Positions 1-8,500 of a stretch of DNA of 34,374 bases are shown piece after piece (positions within the stretch are counted from its first letter, which is position 1; each line of letters starts with the position of its first letter). The position numbers and the translations under genes were made by a program. Under the pieces are notes generated by a model. The model did no database searches. It saw only the letters and a program-made list of their open reading frames with translations, and was not told the DNA's origin. Source of the DNA: Patescibacteria group bacterium (lineage in GTDB: Bacteria > Patescibacteriota > Patescibacteriia > Patescibacteriales > UBA12465); contig JAIPJO010000003.1 in NCBI GenBank assembly GCA_021734135.1, positions 1-34,374 of the forward strand. Reading direction: 5' to 3'.

Positions 1-332
1 GGCACACTAACAAAACTACCAGCACTAATTACCACCTTAGGCCTTATTAATGCGAGATAAATAAAAGATTGAATAAAACCAGCTAATATATTAAAAATAT
101 CTAAAAAGTTTTTAACAGAAAAATATCTACGAAACTTACCACTTAAAATAGGATAATATTTAATACTTTCCTTTTTTACCATCTCTTTTTCAATACCATG
201 AGTACTGCCGAACCAAAGCATATTCCAATCAGGATGTTTTGTTTTCAGATCTTTAATCACAGCTAAAAGAGGTGTTACTGAACCACCGGTTCCCCCTCCA
301 GAAAAAACAATTGTTTTAGGCTTAGTTTTCAT
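1..332 (-). CDS. murG: MurG (lipid II GlcNAc transferase), N-terminal part, runs off the window start
   Basis: Not in the ORF track. Manual translation from ATG at 332: MKTKPKTIVFSGGGTGGSVTPLLAV...ILSGKFRRY...RPKVVISAGSFVSV. These are MurG G-loop motifs, directly downstream of ftsW. Confidence 0.93.
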   Translation of the reverse strand, partial: MKTKPKTIVFSGGGTGGSVTPLLAVIKDLKTKHPDWNMLWFGSTHGIEKEMVKKESIKYYPILSGKFRRYFSVKNFLDIFNILAGFIQSFIYLALIRPKVVISAGSFVSV

Positions 333-356
333 ATATAAATTAATTTAAAAACATAT

Positions 357-1499
357 TTAATCTTCAACTGTATATCTACTAATATTAACTAATATACCCA
401 TAGCAATCAAGCCGGCAAGCATTGCTGAACCACCAGCAGAAATAAATGGAAGTGGCACTCCTGTCATAGGTATTAAATTAAGCATTCCACCAATATTTAA
501 GAAAGCTTGAAAAAATATCCAAGAAACTATACCTACAGCTAAAAGTCTTCCAAACATATCTTTAGCTTTTAAGGCTATGAGCCAACCACGATAGAAAATA
601 TAAGTATATAATAATATTAAGGTACTAGAAAAAATAAAACCTATTTCTTCTGATATAATTGGAAAAATAGCATCTCCACTAACTTCTGGTAAATAAGAAT
701 ATTTCTGTCTACTCTCCCCTAAACCCTTACCCCAAAGTCCACCTGAACCAACAGCTATAAGCGACTGATTTATTTGATAACACTTTTCTTGAGTATCAAA
801 AGAAGGATCTTTTAAACAAGCAAAACGATCTTGTTGATAATCAGTATAAGTAACCATTAAATATACCCCTATAATAGCAATTAAAAATAAAGCTATAATA
901 TGTTTTTTATTGCCTCCCCCAACAAAATAAACAAGTATAGAACTAAGAGCAATAATAGACCAAGTACCTAAATCTGGCTGAAGAAACATTAGAATGCTAA
1001 TAAGGGCAAAAATAATTAAAAAAGGCATTAAACCTTGAGACATTGTCTTTATATCTTTATATCTTATCTGCAACCAAGCAGCTAAATATATTAAAAAGGA
1101 AATCTTTACAAACTCAGCTGGTTGTAAAGATTGTCCAAATACCAAAATCCAACTTCTAGCACTGCCATGACCAGCAGATAGACCAGGAATAAAAACTAAA
1201 ACTAACAAAAGTATAGAGATTAATAAAAAATAAATAGCATTTCTTTTCCATTTTTGGTAATTTGTTTTACTAACAATATAAAAAAAGACTACTCCAATAC
1301 TTGTAGCTATAATTTGCCCTTGAATATATGCATAAGTATTTTGAAATTTAGTATAAGCCAAATAAGCTGAAGTTGAAGCTAGCATAACTAAACCAAAAAT
1401 GATTAAAATAAACAGGGCATAAATTAATTTTTTATCTGGCTCATGCTCATCTCTATCTTTTTTATTAAATTTTTTATAAGCCCTTTTTATTAACATCAT
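357..1499 (-). CDS. ftsW: SEDS-family peptidoglycan polymerase FtsW
   Basis: Multi-TM protein with SLQPAEFVK, QPDLG, GSGGLWGKG and PMTGVPLPFISAGGS motifs; lies between mraY and murG. Confidence 0.93.
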   Translation of the reverse strand: MMLIKRAYKKFNKKDRDEHEPDKKLIYALFILIIFGLVMLASTSAYLAYTKFQNTYAYIQGQIIATSIGVVFFYIVSKTNYQKWKRNAIYFLLISILLLVLVFIPGLSAGHGSARSWILVFGQSLQPAEFVKISFLIYLAAWLQIRYKDIKTMSQGLMPFLIIFALISILMFLQPDLGTWSIIALSSILVYFVGGGNKKHIIALFLIAIIGVYLMVTYTDYQQDRFACLKDPSFDTQEKCYQINQSLIAVGSGGLWGKGLGESRQKYSYLPEVSGDAIFPIISEEIGFIFSSTLILLYTYIFYRGWLIALKAKDMFGRLLAVGIVSWIFFQAFLNIGGMLNLIPMTGVPLPFISAGGSAMLAGLIAMGILVNISRYTVED

Positions 1500-1509
1500 A
1501 TTATAAGCT

Positions 1510-2559
1510 TTAAAGTCCTCTGTCTAATAAAAATAAAATAATACCAATAGCTGCTGTAATAGCTGATATAACCCAAAAACGCATAACAATTTTAGACTCT
1601 GACCAACCTATAGCCTGAAAATGATGATGAATTGGAGTAGAGTGAAATAATTTTCTTTTTTTTATCTTCTTATGAAATACTTGCAAAAGTACTGATAAAG
1701 ATTCAAAAACAAAGAGTAAACCAATAATAGGAAGTAAAATAACATAATTGGTTAACATAGCAATTATAGCTAAAGTAACTCCTAAACTCATAGCACCAGT
1801 ATCACCTAAATAAAAACGAGCAGGGGGAATATTAAACCATAAAAAAGCTAAAAGTCCACCAGTAATTACTCCACAAAAAGCAGCTAAATCATATCTACCT
1901 AAAGCAAAAGCGATAACACCAAAAGCTACATAAGAAGTAATTAAAGTGCCTCCAGCTAAACCATCCAAACCATCACTTTCGTTAACTGAAAAAGAAGTAC
2001 TAATAATTACTAAAATAAAAATAGGTATATACCACCAACCTATTTCAAAATTGCCAAAAAAAGGCACATGAAGCACTGTCCAATCTAATTTAAAATAAAA
2101 CCATAAAGCACCAACTAAAGCAATCACAGTATATATAAATAAACGATGCCCTACAGTAAGTCCACCACCACCTTTTGCCCCCTTACCTCTAACATCTAGC
2201 CAATCATCAACAAGTCCTACTATAGCAGTAGCAATTAAAGCACCAAGGGGCAAAAGAGTTTCACTTCTGGAAAGAAAATTAAGTTTAGTTAAAAATTCTA
2301 AGTTTAAAAAATCCCCCAAGAAACTAAAAAGTATAATTAGAATAAGAAGTGTTAACCAAATTAAAATTCCTCCCATAGTAGGTGTTCCGGCCTTATGGGC
2401 ATGAAGTTTTGAAAATACAGGTGTTTTACCACTATTTCTAATATTTTTACCCAATTTATATTTATATAAATAATGGGTTAAAAGTGGTGTCCATAAAATA
2501 GCAAAAACAAAAGCTAAAGTAGATAAACTAAGAATTTTGGCAATTTGAAATTCTGGCAT
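1510..2559 (-). CDS. mraY: Phospho-N-acetylmuramoyl-pentapeptide transferase MraY
   Basis: KAGTPTMGG, GLVDD, NESDGLDGL, PARFYLGDTG and PIHHHF motifs. Confidence 0.97.
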   Translation of the reverse strand: MPEFQIAKILSLSTLAFVFAILWTPLLTHYLYKYKLGKNIRNSGKTPVFSKLHAHKAGTPTMGGILIWLTLLILIILFSFLGDFLNLEFLTKLNFLSRSETLLPLGALIATAIVGLVDDWLDVRGKGAKGGGGLTVGHRLFIYTVIALVGALWFYFKLDWTVLHVPFFGNFEIGWWYIPIFILVIISTSFSVNESDGLDGLAGGTLITSYVAFGVIAFALGRYDLAAFCGVITGGLLAFLWFNIPPARFYLGDTGAMSLGVTLAIIAMLTNYVILLPIIGLLFVFESLSVLLQVFHKKIKKRKLFHSTPIHHHFQAIGWSESKIVMRFWVISAITAAIGIILFLLDRGL

Positions 2560-2560
2560 A

Positions 2561-2956
2561 TTAGAAAAAATTAACTAAATAAAGACTCAAAAGACTAAAA
2601 AAAGCAATTATATTAACAGCTAAAGAGCTTATTGGTAGCAAATGACTTAAAAAGTGAAAATGTTTTTTTCTAAAAAAACTAATAGTAAGCAGAGTATTAA
2701 AAATAAAAACAGCTAAAGCAATAAATCCTAAAATAAAGATTTCATAAGGATGACCAACTTTATCAATACCAAAAACTACATTATAGTGTAAAACCATTAA
2801 ATCTGAACTAATATTTTTATATAAATACCAAGCAAAAACAAATATTAAAATTAAGAATAACAAATTAATTATAGTATAAATACGCAAATGTTTATCATTA
2901 AAAATTCTTTTAAAAAACCACAAATAACGTCTTAATGCGATCAATATTTTTTGCAT
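2561..2956 (-). CDS. Small three-TM membrane protein, possibly DUF1648-like
   Basis: Three hydrophobic segments and an LHYNVVFGIDKVG loop; TAA-T-ATG junction with mraY. Confidence 0.7.
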   Translation of the reverse strand: MQKILIALRRYLWFFKRIFNDKHLRIYTIINLLFLILIFVFAWYLYKNISSDLMVLHYNVVFGIDKVGHPYEIFILGFIALAVFIFNTLLTISFFRKKHFHFLSHLLPISSLAVNIIAFFSLLSLYLVNFF

Positions 2957-2999
2957 AAGTTTAACTTAATTAAATCCCAATAAAAAAGGACTTTATTTA

Positions 3000-3008
3000 A
3001 TATTATCA
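3000..3008 (-). promoter_or_regulatory. Putative extended -10 promoter for the membrane protein-mraY-ftsW-murG operon
   Basis: Minus strand reads TG-A-TAATAT in the divergent intergenic region. Confidence 0.4.
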
Positions 3009-3032
3009 TATTTTTCCATAATGTAAAAATAA

Positions 3033-3041
3033 TGTTATAAT
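3033..3041 (+). promoter_or_regulatory. Extended -10 promoter giving a probable leaderless transcript
   Basis: TG-T-TATAAT, followed by 6 nt and then the ATG at 3048. Confidence 0.65.
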
Positions 3042-3047
3042 AATATT

Positions 3048-4139
3048 ATGAAATTAAACTTTATTAGCAAACTAATAAATTATGGGCTCTGGCAAGGTGC
3101 TAGTAGTCTTTATATTGAATTGAGCTCTGAAGGTTTAGAAGTAGATTATCATGAAGTTAACGCAGACGACCTACTACTTCCACAAAGGGCTAGCAATAAA
3201 TTCATAACTGAGTTAAACTCACTAACTAACGCTCAAAAATTAGAATCTGGCGCTAATATTTCTTTTAAATTACAAACACCAATTAATACTCGCAATGTTT
3301 ACTTAACTAGTGTTGCTGGTGAAAATCATAAATACCTATTGCAAGTAATTGAACCAGAAAGCACAGCCTGGAAACTATCAAATTTAGGTATGGATTCAAA
3401 TATTTTAAGAAATATTAAACAACACTTAAAGACAGAAAAAACTAAAGGTCTTATTACTATTTCCTCTAAAAATAAAGATGATAAAGAAAAAACTTTATCA
3501 GCTTTTATTCATGAATTAAATAAATTAAATATAGATATATTAAGTATAGGAAAACTTGATAAAAATATTATTTATCTTGATGAAAACCAAAATTGGTTAA
3601 AAAATATTGATGAACATGATTTAATTAGTCTTTTAAATAAACACAGTGAAAATGTTGTAATTACTAATAGTGAAAATGAAAATATCATTAAAGCCTTAAT
3701 AAAATATAGTTTAAATAGTGATAAACTAATAATTTTAAGCATAAATAGCGAAAGTTCACATGATGCTTACAGTAAATTACAAGAAAAAATTAATGATAAA
3801 GGATTAAGTAAGAATATAAATTTTATATTACACCAAGAGTCTTTTAAACATCTATGCCCTCATTGTTTAGATAAAGCTGAACATAGCTCTTATGAAAAAA
3901 AATCTTTAGATGATTTATCCTCTCATTATAATTTAGGAGATATAAAAAATAATTCTTATACTAGTAGTGGTTGTGATAAATGTAATTATAAATCATATAA
4001 TGGTAATGTTTTAGCCTTTGAAGTACTATCTTTTAAATACCCCCACCTTAACACAGCCTCAATAATAGATGATGCCTATAAAAAACAAAACTTAGGTATA
4101 ATCTCTGCTAATGATTTGCTAAGAATAAGTAATATATGA
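3048..4139 (+). CDS. Degenerate PilB/GspE-like secretion ATPase homologue (pseudo-ATPase) retaining the tetracysteine Zn motif
   Basis: Colinear with PilB by eye: GASSLYIE (cf. GASDIHIE), LSNLGM, GLITIS, LCPHC...GCDKCNYKSYNG..AFEVL, SIIDDAYKKQNLGIISANDLLRI. Walker A, Walker B and His boxes are eroded. Confidence 0.75.
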   Translation: MKLNFISKLINYGLWQGASSLYIELSSEGLEVDYHEVNADDLLLPQRASNKFITELNSLTNAQKLESGANISFKLQTPINTRNVYLTSVAGENHKYLLQVIEPESTAWKLSNLGMDSNILRNIKQHLKTEKTKGLITISSKNKDDKEKTLSAFIHELNKLNIDILSIGKLDKNIIYLDENQNWLKNIDEHDLISLLNKHSENVVITNSENENIIKALIKYSLNSDKLIILSINSESSHDAYSKLQEKINDKGLSKNINFILHQESFKHLCPHCLDKAEHSSYEKKSLDDLSSHYNLGDIKNNSYTSSGCDKCNYKSYNGNVLAFEVLSFKYPHLNTASIIDDAYKKQNLGIISANDLLRISNI

Positions 4140-4798
4140 AGATACTTTGTATAATTCCAGCCTACAATGAAGAAAAAAATATAAGTAAAACAGTATCATC
4201 TGCTAAAAAATATATTAGTGATGTTCTGGTTGTAAATGACGGCTCTAAAGATCAAACAAAAAAATTAGCCCAAGAAAATGGAGCTAAAGTAATTAGTCAT
4301 ATTATTAACCGTGGTCAAGGTGCAAGCCTTGAAACTGGTAATGAATATGCTAGAAGGCATGATTATGACGCAGTGGTTCACTTTGATGCTGATGGACAAT
4401 TTTTAGCTAAAGAAATACCTGATATTTTAAAACCAGTTATTGAAGAAGCTTACCCTCTTAGTTTTGGGTCTCGTTTTCTAAGTAAAAAATCTAATATGCC
4501 CTGGTTAAAAAAACATATAATCATGCCTCTAGCTAAAACAATTAATTATCTATTTTTAGGTATAAACACCAGCGACCCACAAAGTGGTTTTAGAGCTATG
4601 GATAAAGAAGCACTAGAAAAAATTAAAATTGAACACGATGGTATGGCTCATTGTAGCGAAATATTAGCTAAAACTCATAAATATAATTTAGTTTTTAAAG
4701 AAGTACCTATTACCGTAATATATAATGAATTTGGACAATCTCTAGGCTCAGGTTTTAAGACTATTAAAGACTTACTAATCAATAAAATAAATAAATAA
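4136..4798 (+). CDS. GT2 polyprenyl-phosphate glycosyltransferase (DPM1/GacI-like)
   Basis: IIPAYNEE, VNDGSKD, NRGQG, FDADGQ, GSRF and DPQSGFRA motifs; ATGA overlap with the upstream gene. Confidence 0.92.
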   Translation: MKILCIIPAYNEEKNISKTVSSAKKYISDVLVVNDGSKDQTKKLAQENGAKVISHIINRGQGASLETGNEYARRHDYDAVVHFDADGQFLAKEIPDILKPVIEEAYPLSFGSRFLSKKSNMPWLKKHIIMPLAKTINYLFLGINTSDPQSGFRAMDKEALEKIKIEHDGMAHCSEILAKTHKYNLVFKEVPITVIYNEFGQSLGSGFKTIKDLLINKINK

Positions 4799-4799
4799 T

Positions 4800-5141
4800 A
4801 TGTGGCAACAAACAATAGCTTTAATTTTAATTCTAATCTTCATTTTCAGATTAACACTGTTAAAAAAGAAAGGTAAAGTTCAAAATAATGAATATATTTT
4901 TTGGATGATATTCTGGTCCCTAGCTGCTTTAGCAATGTTATTTTTAAAACAATTAGATACCTTATTAATTGATCTTGGTTTTTCAGGTAGTGGTATTAAT
5001 TTTTTACTTTATTTAGCAATACTCTTTCTTTTCTATTTAATTTTTAGATTAAGATTAAAAATATTGAATCTAGACACAAAAATAACTAAATTATTACGAG
5101 AAATAGCCTTAAAAGATAGTGATAATAATACAGAAAAATAA
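4800..5141 (+). CDS. DUF2304-family small membrane protein (GacJ/Rv3632-like partner of the GT2)
   Basis: 113 aa, three TM segments, C-terminal KITKLLREIAL motif; immediately follows a DPM-like GT2. Confidence 0.8.
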   Translation: MWQQTIALILILIFIFRLTLLKKKGKVQNNEYIFWMIFWSLAALAMLFLKQLDTLLIDLGFSGSGINFLLYLAILFLFYLIFRLRLKILNLDTKITKLLREIALKDSDNNTEK

Positions 5142-5143
5142 AT

Positions 5144-6292
5144 ATGAAAATAGCTCAAATTGTCTGCTCCTTCCCTCCTTATAAAGGTGGAATAGGTAAT
5201 AGTGCTAAAGGTCTAGCAAAACTTCTCAGCCCAGAAATAGATATACATACTTTTACTACTGAGAAGCTTAAAGATGATAAAAAACATAATAAAAATAATT
5301 TACATAAAGACAAGTTTAAAGCTGAAAATACTAATGTCTTTTATTTAAAACCATTATTAAAGCTTGGCCAAGCTGCTATCTTACCAAGTCTTTTTTTTAA
5401 ATTAAAAAAATACGACGCTATTATTTTACACTACCCTTTTTTCGGTACTAATGAGATATTATATCTATATAGATTATTTAATAAAAAACAAAAACTTTAC
5501 ATCTATTATCACATGGATGTACAAGCTTTAAATCCTCTATATAAAATACTAAGCCTACCTGGACATATTTGTGGTAAAGCCCTAATAAAACAAGCTGATA
5601 AAGTTATTGTTTCTAGTCTTGATTATCTACAAAATTCACAAATTAAAAAATTATACCAAAAAGAAGTCCAAAAATATAAAGCCATTAGTTTTCATATAAA
5701 TGAAGATTATTATCACAAAGATTTCACAATAAAGGATAAAAATAATATACAACTTCTTTTTGTAGGAGGACTTGATAAAGCTCACTATTTCAAAGGTGTG
5801 GAAAATTTAATTAAAGCAACTGCTAAAATAAAACAAAAAAATTGGACTTTAAATATAGTTGGCAATGGTGAGCTATTAAATAAATACAAAAAGCTTGTTT
5901 TTAAACTTAATTTAAACAAAAATATTAATTTTTTAAATAATGTAGATGATAAAGAATTAAAAAAAATATATGAAAAAGCAGATATAATAATACTTCCCTC
6001 TTTTAATAAAAATGAAGCTTTTGGCCTTGTTTTAATTGAAGCCATGGCTAATTCTACAGCTGTAATTGCTAGCAACCTTAAAGGTGTTAGTCAGGTATTT
6101 AACGATGATTGTGGTTTAAAAGTTATTCCTGGTAGTATAATAGATTTAAAAAATAAAATAGAAAGTATAATCAATAAACCTACACTTATTCAAAACTTTA
6201 AAAAAGAAGCTTTCTATTTAGCTCAAGAAAAATATTTAGATAAACACATTAAAGAAAAATGGCTGAATATTTTAAAAACAGATGACAAATAA
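5144..6292 (+). CDS. GT4 glycosyltransferase
   Basis: PPYKGG at the N-terminus, LFVG...KG, LPS..EAFGLVLIEAMA. Confidence 0.93.
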   Translation: MKIAQIVCSFPPYKGGIGNSAKGLAKLLSPEIDIHTFTTEKLKDDKKHNKNNLHKDKFKAENTNVFYLKPLLKLGQAAILPSLFFKLKKYDAIILHYPFFGTNEILYLYRLFNKKQKLYIYYHMDVQALNPLYKILSLPGHICGKALIKQADKVIVSSLDYLQNSQIKKLYQKEVQKYKAISFHINEDYYHKDFTIKDKNNIQLLFVGGLDKAHYFKGVENLIKATAKIKQKNWTLNIVGNGELLNKYKKLVFKLNLNKNINFLNNVDDKELKKIYEKADIIILPSFNKNEAFGLVLIEAMANSTAVIASNLKGVSQVFNDDCGLKVIPGSIIDLKNKIESIINKPTLIQNFKKEAFYLAQEKYLDKHIKEKWLNILKTDDK

Positions 6293-6298
6293 TTATTT

Positions 6299-7483
6299 AT
6301 GAAAATAGCCTTAATTAACAATCTCTATCACAATCAAAAAAGAGGTGGAGCAGAAATAATTATAGAAAAATTAAAACACGCCCTTGAAGAAAAAGGACAT
6401 GATTGTTTTGTTATCTCCACTGCCCCCAAAAAGATTATAGAAAATAAAATAAATAATAATCAAAGAAAAAAAGAAGAAAAAGATATATCTAAAAATAATG
6501 ATTATTTGATAAATTCAATATACTATAATCTACATAAATTCCCTTATATAATCAGATTACTATGGCACTTATATAAACAAATAGAAAATAGGTCAGTTAA
6601 TAAAATAAAGAGTGTACTTAAACATGAAAAACCAGATTTAATTATTAGTCATAATCTTACAGGTTTTAGTATTAAAATATATAAACTTATTGAAGACTTA
6701 AATATTTCTCATATCCATTATTTACACGACATACAAATGCTTCATCCCTCAGGTAGGATGATATATGAAAAAGAAAATATAATTAATTCCTTTTTTGCAC
6801 GTCTTTATCAAAAAATACAAAAAAAATATAGTCAAAAAGTTGACTTAATTGTTTCTCCCTCCAAATGGTTATTAAAAATACATCAAGATAAAGGCTTTTT
6901 TAAAAATACAAAAGTTTGGCAAAAATTTAATCCTATTGAAAACATTAACATTAAAAATATAAATAAAAACTCTAAATCTAATTTCACTTTTATATACATC
7001 GGACAAATCGACAAAGATAAAGGAGTGGAGATTATGATAAAATCATTTCTTAAAACAGCAAATAATAGTGCCAAACTAAGAATAATTGGTGATGGAAAAG
7101 ATTTAAAAACTCTAAAACAAAAATATTATAAACATAAAAATATTATATTTTTAGGTAGACTCTCATATCAAGAGTCTATGCAAAAACTAGCAGAAGCTAA
7201 TACTTTAATTTTACCTTCTTTAATATATGAAAACTCACCTACCGCCCTCTTTGATGCTCTAAAGTTAAATATAGACATTATAGCTACAAATTTAGGTGGT
7301 AACACTGAAATAATTAAAAAATATTATGGACAATTAATTAAGCCTAATAATATCAATGCTTTAAGTAATGCCATCAGTAATTCTCTCAATAGTATTAATT
7401 CTCACAAAAAACCTGTAAATCTAAGTGATTTACAGGTTGATATTTATATACAAGAACTATTAAAGCAATTACATCTTTCTTAA
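6299..7483 (+). CDS. GT4 glycosyltransferase
   Basis: RGGAE, YIGQIDKDKG and LPSLIYENSP..LFDAL motifs. Confidence 0.88.
   Translation: MKIALINNLYHNQKRGGAEIIIEKLKHALEEKGHDCFVISTAPKKIIENKINNNQRKKEEKDISKNNDYLINSIYYNLHKFPYIIRLLWHLYKQIENRSVNKIKSVLKHEKPDLIISHNLTGFSIKIYKLIEDLNISHIHYLHDIQMLHPSGRMIYEKENIINSFFARLYQKIQKKYSQKVDLIVSPSKWLLKIHQDKGFFKNTKVWQKFNPIENINIKNINKNSKSNFTFIYIGQIDKDKGVEIMIKSFLKTANNSAKLRIIGDGKDLKTLKQKYYKHKNIIFLGRLSYQESMQKLAEANTLILPSLIYENSPTALFDALKLNIDIIATNLGGNTEIIKKYYGQLIKPNNINALSNAISNSLNSINSHKKPVNLSDLQVDIYIQELLKQLHLS
7406..7438 (-). terminator. Intrinsic terminator for the minus-strand epimerase operon, located inside the convergent GT4 ORF
   Basis: Perfect 12-bp stem AACCTGTAAATC-taagt-GATTTACAGGTT with an adjacent A-run (U-tract on minus), about 30 nt after the stop at 7469. 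Confidence 0.75.
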
Positions 7484-8485
7484 GCGTTTTCTGGTTCTTA
7501 AATCAAAAATTGTTTTCTTTAAGCCATTATCTAAAGTAGTAATAGGCATCCAACCAAGTTCATTTCTAGCTTTATGAATATCAGGAGTAAGTAGAGGTGT
7601 CATAAATAATTTACTTTTCTTATATACAATTTTAGAATCTGACTCAGTAGTTTCAATTATTTTTTTAGCCAAATCTGTAATATTAACGTCAACATCTGAA
7701 CCAATATTAAATGGACCAGCTAAATCTGATTCCATAAATTTCAAAGTTGCATCAATTATATCACTGACAAAACAAAGTGAAGAAGAAAAGTTCTCATCAC
7801 CATATATTTCAAGATCTTTACCTTCTAAAGCATTGGCTACCATATCTGGAATCATTTGTCCGTCACCTAAAGTCATACGAGGACCAAAAGTTCTAAAAAC
7901 TCTCATTATTTTAGCATCAATATGTTTCTGCTCTCTATAATTATGCACTAAAGTTTCTGCAAATCTTTTACCTTCGTCATAACAACTACGATCACTAGTT
8001 GTAGAAACTTGTCCCATATCTGTTTCTGTAACTTGATAATCTCTAAGCTCTTTACGTTTAAAACCATAAACAACAGAAGAAGAAAACTGCATAAACTTTG
8101 ACTCATATTTACTTGCTATATCTAATAAAACTTTCATTACCAATGAATTAGCATTGATAATATCTAATTTATTTTCAAGAAAATTATCAGGTGACATTGG
8201 ACAAGCCAAATTATATACCTCTTGAATACCCTGAAAACTAATCTTAAATCTTTTTAAAGTATTAATCTCTTCTAAATCAATAGGTTCAGAGAGGTCATGA
8301 TTAATAAACGTAAAATCTGGATTAGAAAGCAAATGATCAATATTTTTTTCTGAGCCAGTAGAAAAATTATCTATACAAATAACTTTAGCTTCTTTAATTA
8401 ATTCATCACATAAATGGGAGCCAATAAATCCTGCGCCACCTGCCACAATTACATTTTTTTTATCAAAGATTATTTTTTTGTCCAT
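7469..8485 (-). CDS. NAD-dependent epimerase/dehydratase, UDP-glucuronate decarboxylase (UXS)-like
   Basis: GGAGFIG, YNLACPMSP, RSCYDEGKR (YxxxK) and TFGPRM motifs. Confidence 0.88.
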   Translation of the reverse strand: MDKKIIFDKKNVIVAGGAGFIGSHLCDELIKEAKVICIDNFSTGSEKNIDHLLSNPDFTFINHDLSEPIDLEEINTLKRFKISFQGIQEVYNLACPMSPDNFLENKLDIINANSLVMKVLLDIASKYESKFMQFSSSVVYGFKRKELRDYQVTETDMGQVSTTSDRSCYDEGKRFAETLVHNYREQKHIDAKIMRVFRTFGPRMTLGDGQMIPDMVANALEGKDLEIYGDENFSSSLCFVSDIIDATLKFMESDLAGPFNIGSDVDVNITDLAKKIIETTESDSKIVYKKSKLFMTPLLTPDIHKARNELGWMPITTLDNGLKKTIFDLRTRKRLRKM

Positions 8486-8500
8486 ATTATTAAAATTATT

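Noticed and set aside
4136-4139. Alternative genetic code (TGA recoded)
   Set aside because: ORFs are full length under code 11, and TGA ends the PilB-like gene at its expected C-terminus in an ATGA overlap.
5785-7074. Minus-strand ORFs 5785..6075 and 6883..7074
   Set aside because: Antisense shadows of well-supported GT4 genes; no motifs.
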